Assembly (NCBI GenBank): GCA_046758505.1
Contig: JBHIAH010000032.1
Span: 1 to 26,136, forward strand
DNA length: 26,136 nucleotides
Source of the DNA: Candidatus Methylomirabilales bacterium
GTDB lineage: Bacteria; Methylomirabilota; Methylomirabilia; Methylomirabilales; CSP1-5
Reading direction: 5' to 3'
Position 1 is the stretch's first letter. Each line of letters starts with the position of its first letter. Below the pieces are notes generated by a model. The model had not been told where the DNA came from and ran no database searches. It was given only the letters and a program-made list of their open reading frames with translations. A program made the position numbers and the translations under genes. This document shows, one piece after another, positions 25,490 through 26,136 of the stretch.

Positions 25490-25505
25490 AGCAGAAGTCA
25501 TGCCA
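25490..25505 (-). promoter_or_regulatory. sigma54 (-24/-12) promoter
   Basis: Minus strand TGGCATGACTTCTGCT with correct GG/GC spacing. Confidence 0.72.
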
Positions 25506-25595
25506 AGGCTGGGTAGCGCGCCAGGTGCGATGGTGTAAGCCTTTTCCTTCCGAGGAATTGCAGCAATTCAGTCCGGCATGGATTGGAGCCCACGG

Positions 25596-25838
25596 TGTCG
25601 GCATGTGTTCAAAACTGTAAACTACGCCGACACGATAGGCCTCCCGGGATTCCTGTTAATGAAGAAAAACAAAAAGAAGGCAAGGGCTTAGGTGCGGATC
25701 GAATGAGAAGCGGAAGGTGTAAGGATATCTGACGATATCGACGGTTGTCTCCGTTTGGACTTGCGTTAAGCGTAACAATGCGAAAATGGACACTCGAAAA
25801 TCTCGGCGAAGGAAGGGAAAGTGTAAAGTGTTCCGACA
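25596..25838. promoter_or_regulatory. Repeated 17-bp enhancer-like boxes TGTAA-N6-CYGACR
   Basis: TGTAAACTACGCCGACA 25616-25632, TGTAAGGATATCTGACG 25718-25734, TGTAAAGTGTTCCGACA 25822-25838, and an inverted weaker copy at 25596-25612. Confidence 0.65.
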
Positions 25839-26136
25839 TATGACCTAAATGAGGTTCTATGAAGGGTATTCACGATCTAGTTTTGGTTGGCCAGCCTCAA
25901 TGGAATTAGTGGGTTTCACTGGAGCCTCAGAATATTACGCTCAATCCCCCCGTCACCAGGCAAGGCCCTTGATGAATGAGCCTTCCCGGCTCCAGGACGC
26001 CAGCGGGTCTGTTTCCCCTTGAAGGCTACGGTGGAGGACGGTGGGGCACAGGGCTCCCAAAAACACTACGGGCGCCGAGGTTCGTTGTGTTACACAACAG
26101 CATGTCGCCTTTTTGCGGTAAGATAGCGGCCTACTT

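Noticed and set aside
25609..25839. 76-aa minus-strand ORF
   Set aside because: No RBS or motif, and it overlaps the enhancer-like boxes; more likely regulatory DNA.

Overview
GC-rich bacterial chromosomal window; gene content suggests a Methylomirabilota (NC10)-like lineage, which is inference only. From left to right: (1) the distal part of an A1-type heme-copper oxidase operon (5'-truncated subunit I, heme A synthase, heme O synthase, two subunit III paralogs separated by a small exported CxxC protein, subunit IV, DUF420); (2) a small 4-Cys membrane protein with a CRP/FNR-like class II promoter; (3) DUF983 plus an ABC-2 exporter; (4) a HutC-type GntR regulator with its operator and a TauE/SafE transporter; (5) a membrane-anchored, catalytically degenerate Mrr-like protein, two 55-aa membrane proteins and an exported TPR protein; (6) a 7Fe ferredoxin fused through long Ala/Pro linkers to a two-helix membrane anchor; (7) a class II ribonucleotide reductase with a 366-aa LAGLIDADG intein at the radical cysteine and a promoter with tandem NrdR boxes and two perfect DnaA boxes; (8) dcd, PilZ, type 1 idi, a cis-prenyltransferase and an unannotated acidic 52-aa ORF; (9) two PEP-CTERM genes, each with a sigma54 promoter, the second with repeated 17-bp enhancer-like boxes. 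Five intergenic regions are built from several families of degenerate 7-bp tandem repeats, often in inverted arrangement, and a 59-bp unit of these repeats directly flanks the TauE gene on both sides. No rRNA, tRNA, CRISPR array or transposase was seen.
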